IMG/VR virus record: IMGVR_UViG_3300044786_000023
Coordinates: 1-64,000 of that record
DNA from: a virus
Direction: 5' to 3' (one strand)
DNA length: 64,000 nucleotides
Of this stretch, positions 41,904 to 50,672 are shown one piece after another. Position numbers and translations under genes: made by a program. The notes under the pieces are model-generated. The model saw only the letters and a program-made list of their open reading frames with translations. It ran no database searches and was not told where the DNA came from. Every line of letters begins with the position of its first letter. The first letter of the stretch is position 1.

Positions 41904-43658
41904 ATGGATATATCAATAGTAACCGGTACTTACAACCGACTCCATTCCCTGCAACGCATGGTTAACTCTGCTAGACGTTCGTTTATCGGTTTGCACGGCC
42001 TCGCTTATCAAGCGGTGATAGTTGATGGTGGTTCACAAGACGGTACTCAGGAATGGTGTTTATCTCAACCTGACATCCTACTCATCGAACACGGCAAACT
42101 GCTAGGCGCTGTCAAGGCATTTAACGATGGTGCGCTTGCTGCAACTGGCAATTATGTTATTATGGGCAATGATGATATTGAGTATGTCGGCGATTCTGTT
42201 TTAACCGCTTATGTCTATATGCAAAGTAACTCAGATTGCGGCATTGGGTGCTTTTACCAAAATCGCAATGGTCGGGACTGGCATGTTGAGGAAATGCCGT
42301 GCATAGATAATGAGCAACAAGTATCACGGCCATATGGTCAGGTGTGCATTGTCCCAAAGTGGCTTGGTGATTATGTCGGCTGGTGGGGGGATTACCTTCA
42401 TACCTATGGTGGGGATAATGAGTTATCATCCAGGGTGTATGAGTTGGGATTCAAAGTATCGCCCGTACCTATGGCAAGAATCGCAGATCATGAAGTTGAT
42501 GACGATCTGCGTAAGATTAACAATATCACGGGTGGTAAAGACCCTCGCGCCGTTAAAGGTCATCACCCCGACTCATGGGCCTGGGGTAGACGCTGGAAAC
42601 ACATGGATATGTCACCTCAGTATGTTGGCCCTATCATTCGTCACTTCCCCATAATGGAGAATCCTACACCTAAAAAACACCGGGTAGTTTATCTGCCTAT
42701 CTATGAGCAGGGATATCCCGTTCAAAAAGAACAGAAGCGCGGTTTACGCGAGGCACTAGCTAAAGTTGCTGTAGTAGCTGAGTATGATTATGTTACGCGC
42801 CATGCCGAAGTAGGTAAAGATAAAGTGATTTTTGAGCTAAGGGCGCTTATCGAGAGGTTACAGCCGACTATCCTTTTAACTCAATTGCATAATGGCGCAC
42901 AAATAAATGATGTGGATATTCAAGGGATTGCTAATAACTGGCCTGGCACGAAACGGGTAAACTGGAATGGTGACTTCTGGCCGGATAACTTGCTATCCGA
43001 AGAAGGTATCAAACTGGCGAAAGCCTTTGATTTACAGCTAACGGTGAATCGGAGTGCGTTAGATGACTACAAAAAAATGGGTGTTAATGCTGAGTATTGG
43101 CAAATTGGCTATGAGCCTGATGGTATTTGTGATGAGAGTAACAATTCTTTTGACGTGGTCTTTCTTGCGTCTGGCTATAGCAAAGCGAGACAAGAACTTG
43201 TTAGAAAGTTACGTAGTCTCAATCTCAACTTTGGTCTCTATGGCAATGGCTGGCCTAAAGAGTGGAGTAGCGGACAAAGCATGTATGATTTCAAAACAGC
43301 TTGCCAGTCATACCGAGGTGCAAAAATAAGCATCGGTGACTCGCAATGGCCTGATACCGGCTTTGTGTCTAATCGCGTCTTTCAGGCGTTAGCTGCTGGC
43401 AGCGCGGCACTGGCACATCAGTACTTTCGCGATATGGACAAGTTAGGCTTGGTCGATGGCGAGACGTGTATTATCTGGCGTGACTTTGCGGAGTTGGAAA
43501 AGAAAATTAGGTATTACCTTTCACACGAAAAGGAGCGTAAAGCTATAGCCGATGCCGGTGAGAAGTTGGCACTTACGCGCCATTCGTTTGATGTGCGAGT
43601 ACAGGAATTACTAGGGATGTTGGATGGTGAGAAAGATGAGGGTGGTTGGCGATGGTAG
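41904..43658 (+). CDS. two-domain glycosyltransferase (N-terminal GT2, C-terminal GT1/CgeB-like)
   Basis: The N-terminus carries ISIVTGTYNR...VIVDGGSQDGT...MGNDDIEY. The C-terminus carries SNRVFQALAAGSAAL...ETCIIWRDFAELEKKIRYYLSHEKERKAIA. Confidence 0.7.
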   Translation: MDISIVTGTYNRLHSLQRMVNSARRSFIGLHGLAYQAVIVDGGSQDGTQEWCLSQPDILLIEHGKLLGAVKAFNDGALAATGNYVIMGNDDIEYVGDSVLTAYVYMQSNSDCGIGCFYQNRNGRDWHVEEMPCIDNEQQVSRPYGQVCIVPKWLGDYVGWWGDYLHTYGGDNELSSRVYELGFKVSPVPMARIADHEVDDDLRKINNITGGKDPRAVKGHHPDSWAWGRRWKHMDMSPQYVGPIIRHFPIMENPTPKKHRVVYLPIYEQGYPVQKEQKRGLREALAKVAVVAEYDYVTRHAEVGKDKVIFELRALIERLQPTILLTQLHNGAQINDVDIQGIANNWPGTKRVNWNGDFWPDNLLSEEGIKLAKAFDLQLTVNRSALDDYKKMGVNAEYWQIGYEPDGICDESNNSFDVVFLASGYSKARQELVRKLRSLNLNFGLYGNGWPKEWSSGQSMYDFKTACQSYRGAKISIGDSQWPDTGFVSNRVFQALAAGSAALAHQYFRDMDKLGLVDGETCIIWRDFAELEKKIRYYLSHEKERKAIADAGEKLALTRHSFDVRVQELLGMLDGEKDEGGWRW

Positions 43659-43894
43659 AAAAACAGGTCACCAAGCTCATTAGATGTGATATGTGTAATG
43701 AGACTATTCAAGATGAAAAGGTAGATAGAATTAGAGTTCGTGGCTATGAATGGGACTTGTGCCATTATTGCCATCGTTACTTGCAGCAATCACTTACATT
43801 CCTTACTATCAAGGTTGGCTTGTCTATCGAGTATTCCTGGAGCGTAGTGGATTATGAGGTTTTAATAGATGGTAAGGAAGTTGATAAGAGATAA
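43646..43894 (+). CDS. zinc-finger-like small protein
   Basis: Carries CDMCNE...CHYCH. Confidence 0.45.
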   Translation: MAMVEKQVTKLIRCDMCNETIQDEKVDRIRVRGYEWDLCHYCHRYLQQSLTFLTIKVGLSIEYSWSVVDYEVLIDGKEVDKR

Positions 43895-44043
43895 GCGTAA
43901 ACTGAAAAAGATGAAATGTCGGTATTATTTCTGTAGTATCTATAGGCCATTTAGCTTACAATTTGCGATATGGCTATCTGGGCTTAGTCGTGAACCTACC
44001 CAGGCCGAATTAGTTAGACTGGATTCATTACAGTAGAGGATGG

Positions 44044-44226
44044 TTGGCGGTGGTAATCGCTTTATGTATATCTCTATTCATTGCTATTGGATACCTTCAT
44101 CTTTTTACAGATGACTTGGATATTATTCAGGATAAATTCAAGATAGAGATTTATAGAGCCGGGATTGCCCTAGTAATAATACGTGGTACATTATTTCTGA
44201 TTAGGGATTTATTACAATTATGGTAA
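44044..44226 (+). CDS. small membrane protein
   Basis: Track ORF with a non-ATG start. Confidence 0.35.
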   Translation: MAVVIALCISLFIAIGYLHLFTDDLDIIQDKFKIEIYRAGIALVIIRGTLFLIRDLLQLW

Positions 44227-44657
44227 TTCCTAATGAGAGATACTACCGAATCCTGGAGTGCATCCCTATTGCTTGCGTAGACGTTGCCATTATTGCCAGA
44301 GGCAGTGTCCTTCTAGTCAAGCGCAATGACCTCCCCGCTAAAGACGAATGGTGGCTGCCAGGTGGCAGGGTTTACAAAGGTGAGTTAATGAAGCAAACGG
44401 CTAAACGCAAAGCACTAGAGGAAGTGGGAATCGAGTGCCACATCGGGCCGATTATTCACACGGCTGAAACAATATTCCCTGATGGGCCAAATGGGATTCC
44501 TGTTCACAGCATTAACTCGTGCTTTATGCTTTATCCAGTGGGTGACTTTATAGTTAAGCTAGACAGTCATCACGATTCGTATGAATGGGCTAACCATATC
44601 TATGAAGGACTACATCCTTACGTGGTTAAATGTTTGTTGGGTGCGGGTATAGAATAA
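44220..44657 (+). CDS. Nudix hydrolase
   Basis: The Nudix box is GGRVYKGELMKQTAKRKALEEVGI. Confidence 0.8.
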   Translation: MVIPNERYYRILECIPIACVDVAIIARGSVLLVKRNDLPAKDEWWLPGGRVYKGELMKQTAKRKALEEVGIECHIGPIIHTAETIFPDGPNGIPVHSINSCFMLYPVGDFIVKLDSHHDSYEWANHIYEGLHPYVVKCLLGAGIE

Positions 44658-44707
44658 ATTTGGAATTTGTGGTAGAATAGATAGAGGCCTTTTCGCTTTT
44701 CAAAGCC

Positions 44708-44745
44708 AGCGGCGTTTCCCTTTGTAGGATTCGCCGCTTTTTTAT
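44708..44745 (+). terminator. intrinsic terminator
   Basis: AGCGGCG (44708-44714) pairs with CGCCGCT (44732-44738) and is followed by TTTTTTATTT. Confidence 0.5.
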
Positions 44746-44762
44746 TTATCAGAGGAATCAAT

Positions 44763-45170
44763 ATGAAAATAGGACTCGACTATGGTGGTGTTATCTCCTT
44801 TGCACTTGATGGATGGGCCAATACTCTCACTATAGCTAAAGGTAGGGGACATCAAATTTACCTTATCTCACATGCTCAAAAGGGCGAAGATTTACAATTG
44901 AGGCGCGACTATGCCAACTTGTTAGGTATAATAGATTTATCCTTCGCTGACTTACAGTCAGGTAGTCAAGAATCTGAGATAGCTAGACGTAAGGCCGAAC
45001 TGTGTCAAGAGCATGGAATCGAAATATTCATAGACGATGATCTACACAGAGTTGAAGCAGTCGGTAGAATGTGTAACAGATGTGCTGCTTTGTACATCCC
45101 TCAGAATCTGTGGCAGGTTGGACAAAGGCTAATAGAAGGACTGAATAGTGATCAAAACAACTATTCATAA
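44763..45170 (+). CDS. hypothetical protein (possibly HAD-like)
   Basis: Carries MKIGLDYGGV. The resemblance is weak. Confidence 0.45.
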   Translation: MKIGLDYGGVISFALDGWANTLTIAKGRGHQIYLISHAQKGEDLQLRRDYANLLGIIDLSFADLQSGSQESEIARRKAELCQEHGIEIFIDDDLHRVEAVGRMCNRCAALYIPQNLWQVGQRLIEGLNSDQNNYS

Positions 45171-45324
45171 TTGTGCTAGATGTGGACAGAACCATGAGGA
45201 TTTAGAGTTTTTACTATTTGAGAATCCAATAGAGGATACCGATGGCACAGTATGGAATTATTGGTCTGTATGTCCTACCAACAATGAGCCAATACTGCTA
45301 AAGGTAAAACAGATTGATGATTAG
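45148..45324 (+). CDS. 58-aa zinc-ribbon-like protein
   Basis: Not in the track. GTG start. Carries CARCGQ...CPTNNE. Confidence 0.3.
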   Translation: MIKTTIHNCARCGQNHEDLEFLLFENPIEDTDGTVWNYWSVCPTNNEPILLKVKQIDD

Positions 45325-46441
45325 CATCATAACCCCGGCCTACATAGATACTATTGAAAAACTTGAATGGCTTAACGAGATGTTAGCCTCTGTCCGCACT
45401 CAGACTCTAGCTGAATGGGAAGTCATCATTATGGATGACGCATCACCCATGCCGATAAACCTACATGACTACGATCCGCGAGTTCGCACCTTGCGAATGG
45501 TGAATCGTAGCGGCCCAGCCTTATGTCGAAATACGGCCGTAGCCTTAGCCAGATACCAGGCCATCCTGCCCATTGACGCCGATGACGTGCTGCCTTCACC
45601 TGATATTCTAAACAAGCTTTATCAAGCGTGGCTAGAGGATAAGACAAAGATAATTTATGGTGACTTGCAACGACTAGAGGTATTCGAGGGTGAGTGGAAG
45701 AGGGGCAGAGTACACGAACTACCTGAGTATAAATTCACCCGGCCCGACTTTGGTATCAATGGCACGGTTCTTGATCCGGCTGGCACAATACCTGTAAGCG
45801 GCTTGCACTCAATTGAAACTCATCACAAGGCGGGCGGCTGGAAAGCCGAATTAGATGCTGGCTTGGAGGATGTAGAATACTGGGTAGCAGCGGGTAAAGC
45901 TGGTTGTTGTGGTAAGCACATTAGTGAGATTGTTTTGCTTTATCGCAGGCACGATGAAAGCCGTAGCTCTCTTTTGAGACGAAATAAACAAGAAACGAAC
46001 ATGCGGAATCGAATCCGCCAAATGCACCAAGATGTATACGAAGGGAGATACCCCATGGGATGTTGCGGAGGTGGTGCGGCTTATGTGCCACCAGAAACTT
46101 ACAATCAAGCAAGCGTGTCAGCGCCACTTACTCTGGATAAATATCCGGCTAGTGAAAAGGTGTGGGTTGAATATACCGGACAGAGACAGGGGAGTTTTGG
46201 CGTGGTAGGCCAGTTCACTAATTATCCTTACACGGTAGACGGCCCTAGCCACAAGATAGAAGTTCATGTTAACGACTTGCCAAAGTTCCGGCATTCAGGA
46301 CGCGGCGTTGATTTCAGAATAGGTGTACCAGCGCCAAACGGCTATGCGCCTCCGGTGGTGACGGGGCCGCAACCGTTTGAGGCACAAGCGCCGGAACTGG
46401 CACAGATTCTACAGTTAGACGAGGTGGCACTTGCTGCTTGA
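45314..46441 (+). CDS. family-2 glycosyltransferase with an unrecognised C-terminal domain
   Basis: Carries ISIITPAY...VIIMDDASP...PIDADDV. Confidence 0.7.
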   Translation: MMISIITPAYIDTIEKLEWLNEMLASVRTQTLAEWEVIIMDDASPMPINLHDYDPRVRTLRMVNRSGPALCRNTAVALARYQAILPIDADDVLPSPDILNKLYQAWLEDKTKIIYGDLQRLEVFEGEWKRGRVHELPEYKFTRPDFGINGTVLDPAGTIPVSGLHSIETHHKAGGWKAELDAGLEDVEYWVAAGKAGCCGKHISEIVLLYRRHDESRSSLLRRNKQETNMRNRIRQMHQDVYEGRYPMGCCGGGAAYVPPETYNQASVSAPLTLDKYPASEKVWVEYTGQRQGSFGVVGQFTNYPYTVDGPSHKIEVHVNDLPKFRHSGRGVDFRIGVPAPNGYAPPVVTGPQPFEAQAPELAQILQLDEVALAA

Positions 46442-46781
46442 TGCCAGGGCAATAGGAGGAGTTGGGGGAGGAGCGGTGGTACTGGATAGCGATTGGGCAT
46501 TAGGAGCGATTAGCCTCAATGATGTGCCTATTGGGACGGCTATCGAGTTTACGTATACCGTGACAAGCACGGCCGATGGGCAGCCGCTAGAAGGGGTGCG
46601 TGTGGTTATTACCAGTGATTCAGCGGGTCTAGTTCCGGTGTGGGCAGGAAACACAGATACATTTGGCGTGGCGAGGGATGACAATGGGAACAAGCCGAGA
46701 CTGGATGCTGGAACTTACTTCTTTTTTAGAAATCGTCCGGGGTATACTTTTCAGGACCCTGACGTAGAATCTGTGGGATAG
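46431..46781 (+). CDS. Ig-like/carboxypeptidase-regulatory-like beta-sandwich protein
   Basis: Carries PLEGVRVVITSDSAG...GNTDTFGVA...DAGTYFFFRNRPGY. Confidence 0.45.
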   Translation: MLLDARAIGGVGGGAVVLDSDWALGAISLNDVPIGTAIEFTYTVTSTADGQPLEGVRVVITSDSAGLVPVWAGNTDTFGVARDDNGNKPRLDAGTYFFFRNRPGYTFQDPDVESVG

Positions 46782-46783
46782 TC

Positions 46784-48058
46784 ATGACAACTAGCGGAAC
46801 TGGAACCGGCACTCCTATCTCGACTGCTCCTGCATTAGCACCTGTTAGTGCTACTCGCATTACCGAAACTACCCTTTTACCCCTGGCTAGATATGCAGAG
46901 ATTATGCAAATTCATTTACCCCACTTCCAGCAAATGCAAGGTGTTAAAGCACCGATGCGAAGTGGCTGTGATGAGGTATGGGATCAGGACGCGCGGGACT
47001 TGTTAGCCTGGACTATGCAGCAGGCAGAGGAGTTAATAGCGACCGAATTGGGATTCTGGCCTGCGCCGAAGTTCATCACTAATGAGGTAATACCATTCGC
47101 TTTAACTGGAGTCAGAAGCGATTGGCAGAATGCAGAGATAGAAACACAGTGGGGTTATGTCCAAGCTTATGGCACTGAATTGCTAACGCTCAAACAGGAT
47201 AATGCCACGGTTGAATACCTAGATTTGGATAATGACCCGAATGATAGAGAGGAAACGGCGGAGATTGGCAATGCTATCTATGATGATTTAACAGGTTGTT
47301 CTGACCCATGTGACGTAGCTGTATTTTTTAAGGTGTCAGATGGTGCGGAGGATGCGGCTGACGCAAGGTATGAGATTAGGCCACTTAAAATTGACATAGA
47401 TGGCAGTACCATGCGGATACGCGGGGAGAGTAGCCTGTTCATTCGGCCTAGCTTGTGGAATCTAACTAAAATGGATTGCATCGGTGCGAATGATGCGCTG
47501 GCAGATGAGAATAGGTGGAAGTATGATTTTGCCCTAACTAACCTGGTTTCTCAAGTTGATGTTTACTGTCGCACAGTTAAAACGCAAACACCGGTCACGT
47601 TGCAATGGAGTGGCGTTTGTACCTGTACTTCTACCTGCGCACATACTACACAGACGGCATGTGCCTATGATACTGATATGAAGCATGGTTTCTTTATCCC
47701 AAAAGCCGCTAATTGGGATAACACAACTAATGTTTATACTGCCCCAAATTACTGGCATCCTCCCGAATCTGTTATCGTGAATTACCGCGCTGGTTATCCA
47801 ACTGACCCTAAGACTTGTCGTATGAATTCTAACTTTGAACGCGCTATCGTTAAACTTACCAATGTCCTGCTACCCGAACCGCCATGCGCTTTCTGTGATG
47901 CGGCACAAGTGCGATGGGACAAGGACAGAAAATTCATTGATCCGTTAACACCCGAAGCGGCCTCTATGCCCTGGGACTTATACGCACAAGGCGCGTTGGA
48001 AGCGTGGCGCATTGTTAAGCGGTTTGCAATGGGTAGAGGGGGAAAGTTAGGCAGATAG
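46784..48058 (+). CDS. hypothetical virion protein
   Basis: Track ORF in the late operon. Confidence 0.5.
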   Translation: MTTSGTGTGTPISTAPALAPVSATRITETTLLPLARYAEIMQIHLPHFQQMQGVKAPMRSGCDEVWDQDARDLLAWTMQQAEELIATELGFWPAPKFITNEVIPFALTGVRSDWQNAEIETQWGYVQAYGTELLTLKQDNATVEYLDLDNDPNDREETAEIGNAIYDDLTGCSDPCDVAVFFKVSDGAEDAADARYEIRPLKIDIDGSTMRIRGESSLFIRPSLWNLTKMDCIGANDALADENRWKYDFALTNLVSQVDVYCRTVKTQTPVTLQWSGVCTCTSTCAHTTQTACAYDTDMKHGFFIPKAANWDNTTNVYTAPNYWHPPESVIVNYRAGYPTDPKTCRMNSNFERAIVKLTNVLLPEPPCAFCDAAQVRWDKDRKFIDPLTPEAASMPWDLYAQGALEAWRIVKRFAMGRGGKLGR

Positions 48059-48352
48059 CTAGAAGGTATTGTATATTTTTTTGTAGGGCCAAACTTGCTT
48101 ACCATTTTCAAGAGTGAGACGGCCATGATTATCACAATCAATTACTCTCTCGAATGGCTTGCCATTCCACTTGTGAGGAACAATTACAACTTCGCCACCT
48201 TTTTCTTTGGCTTCTTTCAAGAAGCGTTGAATGGTAATGGTACGAATATAGCCGTCGCTATATGGAATAGATTCCACATTGTTACCAATTTCGCCCTGTC
48301 TAGCTGATGGGGTTAAAAGTGATATTCGTTTCATTTTGCTTATTCCTTTCAT
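48059..48352 (-). CDS. opposite-strand moron, hypothetical protein (likely start ATG 48334)
   Basis: The only leftward ORF in the late block. It has its own consensus promoter. SD AAGGA precedes the second ATG (MKRISLL). Confidence 0.6.
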   Translation of the reverse strand: MKGISKMKRISLLTPSARQGEIGNNVESIPYSDGYIRTITIQRFLKEAKEKGGEVVIVPHKWNGKPFERVIDCDNHGRLTLENGKQVWPYKKIYNTF

Positions 48353-48368
48353 TTATACTATTTGCTCT

Positions 48369-48397
48369 ATTATACTCTTATTCATTATAATTGTCAA
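48369..48397 (-). promoter_or_regulatory. perfect-consensus sigma70 promoter TTGACA-17-TATAAT
   Basis: On the minus strand, -35 at 48392-48397 and -10 at 48369-48374. Confidence 0.6.
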
Positions 48398-48434
48398 TTA
48401 GAAATTGATTAGAGTTTGACTAGAATCAAGTAGA

Positions 48435-48463
48435 TAGACAAGTAAGCAATTTTATGTTATACT
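48435..48463 (+). promoter_or_regulatory. promoter-like TAGACA-17-TATACT
   Basis: -35 at 48435-48440 and -10 at 48458-48463, with TGT upstream of the -10. It matches 28571-28599. Confidence 0.35.
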
Positions 48464-48582
48464 ATTATTGGTCGAGACTAGGTAAAGCTGTACTAAGTGT
48501 GACACCCACTAGTTGGGTACAGCCGAAATGACCTCACTAAACCTAGCCGTAGTAAATTAAATAACAAGCCTTTTCGTCAAAA

Positions 48583-49152
48583 GTGACTAGCGGCGCGATT
48601 CAATTGAATCCGTCGCTATTTTTTATGCCTATCCTACTTAGAAACATCAATTCAAAGAAACGCAAAGCACAAATACTAGACCTTAACAACATTGCGCGTA
48701 AGGCAATTGAGGCAGAATTAAAAAGCAAGGTATCACCTGCGCTTGTCAAGTCTCATAACCTGGTAGTGGCTGATTGGAAAAATAAGCCGACGTTTGAGAC
48801 GCGGATAGCCGTTCGTCCTGACAAGATAAGTATGACCGTCTTTCCGGCAGGTGACGCAGCCGGTATTTATGAGATAGTAGACCAGGGAAGCCCGCCACAT
48901 ATTATCAAGCCCGTGAAAGCTGAGTTTCTGGTATTCAGAACTGGCTATCAATCCAAAACCCTGGCACGACCAGCCAGAACGGTATCAGGTGGGGGCAAGG
49001 CTACAGGTGACATAGTACGCGCTAAACTGGTGCATCATCCCGGCAGTGAAGGCCGGTTTTTCTCTAAGCAAATTGCAGAGGACATTAAACCAGATTTCAA
49101 ACGAATAATCGAAAATACATTTAAGAAAGTGTCTAGGCAATTAGAGGAGTAA
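48583..49152 (+). CDS. hypothetical virion protein (start GTG 48583 or ATG 48625)
   Basis: Track ORF. Confidence 0.5.
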   Translation: MTSGAIQLNPSLFFMPILLRNINSKKRKAQILDLNNIARKAIEAELKSKVSPALVKSHNLVVADWKNKPTFETRIAVRPDKISMTVFPAGDAAGIYEIVDQGSPPHIIKPVKAEFLVFRTGYQSKTLARPARTVSGGGKATGDIVRAKLVHHPGSEGRFFSKQIAEDIKPDFKRIIENTFKKVSRQLEE

Positions 49153-49155
49153 GCA

Positions 49156-50664
49156 ATGGCTGATGAACTATTACTAAAACGCGGACAGGGCAACGTGGAT
49201 GTCCAAATAGGAGGGCCCGGCAATAACTGGCAGTACCTTTCAAGCTGTGCGGCTATGACTGGCCCCGAAGTACCCTTTGGTGACACTGAAACGCGCTGGT
49301 GTCAAGACCCTAAAGTGGCTGGCGCTTTTCGGCGCTCTACCAAAATCCGTACTGCTCCAGATTTAATCACTTTTGATCTAACAACCAAGCTGAATAAGAT
49401 CAATCATCTTAAGCGGCTCAACTGTCCGTTCTCGCAGCGCGCCCGCTATGCCATCTGCGGTGAGCGTGAGGATGTGGCGAATTACGATCCGCTCATGCTG
49501 AATTATTGCAGCGTTGAGTTGAACTCTAAGTCTTACGAGGACTTGGTCATTACCGATCCTGGCAATGAAGATGAGATTATCATCACAGCCTCAGCCAGTG
49601 CGGATTATGAGTACATAACTGAGAAGATTACACCGGCTCGCACTGGCTCAGCAGCTACACTTGGCGACCAGCCGATTAACGATATTGAGTTTTGCGACTC
49701 ACCCGATTGTGGCGGGTACTGTGGCGATCCTAGCGATGGTTGTACGATTCAATTCGGTGTAACTGATGCGGATACCGGCCCATATGCCGCACCAAATTTG
49801 GTCAAAGGCGTCAAGAATCTAAACACAGGTGCTATTACTTGGAGCAATCTTCCTATTCTTGGCATAAATGGTAATGTCGAGAATATCGAGTGTGCGGGCA
49901 AGCGCATCGGTGTTACCTCCTCTACCGATGCTGTCTTTGCGTATAATGACGACCCGAATCAGGATCAGGATGAATGGAACGTCGTCGCCTTAACTCGCAC
50001 GCCTAGCACGAACCATAACGCGCTATTTGCACGAACTAGCCGGGAATGGTGGTTAGCTTGTAATGGTGGATATATCCTTAAATCGGTAGACGGCGGTATA
50101 AGCTGGAATGAGGTTCACTCAGCAACTATCACCACGCAGAACATTCTCAGCGTTTACGCTTATGACAAAGACTTAATTGTTGCCGGCGGCGCTGTTGGCG
50201 TGATGCTAATTTCCAAAGATGGTGGGCAGACGTGGGCTGATATTAGCGAGGTTGCTACCACAGCAGCCAGTATCCTTGACATCGTTATTCCTCCCAACCG
50301 AACGAAAGAAATTTACGTCGGTACGAATAATGGGCGTATCTTCCGAAGCACGAATCAAGGCGATACATTTAGCCGTGTCTCATTTGATGGTGACAGTGTG
50401 GGCACCGTAGATGACATCGACTTTTGCGGGCCATGCGCCGGTGATGTGATGTTCATTCTACATAATGACGCTGGGCCACGTGCGCGTATTCTGCGTGATT
50501 TAAGCGGCGGCGCGGGCGGTAGTGACATCGAAATCATAATGGACTACACGCAAGTTATTGGCGGCGGGATTGACCTAAATGCGATGGCTTGCTGTGGCGA
50601 GAATGAGTTAATTGCGGCTGGTGAGAATCAAGGTGGATTCCCAGTGGTGGTTAGAGTATCGTAA
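49156..50664 (+). CDS. probable major tail protein with C-terminal BNR/Asp-box beta-propeller
   Basis: Positioned before the chaperone pair. The Asp-boxes are SVDGGISW, SKDGGQTW (50212-50235) and STNQGDTF. Confidence 0.55.
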   Translation: MADELLLKRGQGNVDVQIGGPGNNWQYLSSCAAMTGPEVPFGDTETRWCQDPKVAGAFRRSTKIRTAPDLITFDLTTKLNKINHLKRLNCPFSQRARYAICGEREDVANYDPLMLNYCSVELNSKSYEDLVITDPGNEDEIIITASASADYEYITEKITPARTGSAATLGDQPINDIEFCDSPDCGGYCGDPSDGCTIQFGVTDADTGPYAAPNLVKGVKNLNTGAITWSNLPILGINGNVENIECAGKRIGVTSSTDAVFAYNDDPNQDQDEWNVVALTRTPSTNHNALFARTSREWWLACNGGYILKSVDGGISWNEVHSATITTQNILSVYAYDKDLIVAGGAVGVMLISKDGGQTWADISEVATTAASILDIVIPPNRTKEIYVGTNNGRIFRSTNQGDTFSRVSFDGDSVGTVDDIDFCGPCAGDVMFILHNDAGPRARILRDLSGGAGGSDIEIIMDYTQVIGGGIDLNAMACCGENELIAAGENQGGFPVVVRVS

Positions 50665-50672
50665 GGAGTTAA

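Noticed and set aside
43911-44036. 41-codon ORF MKCRYYFCSIYRPF...
   Set aside because: It has no SD and an unusual composition. It may be a spacer between genes.
48590-48625. 14-bp perfect palindrome GATTCAATTGAATC followed by a T-run, considered as a terminator.
   Set aside because: The stem is AT-rich with no loop, and the T-run lies 6 nt away. It sits inside the candidate 5' end of ORF 48583. It is more likely a binding site or coincidence.
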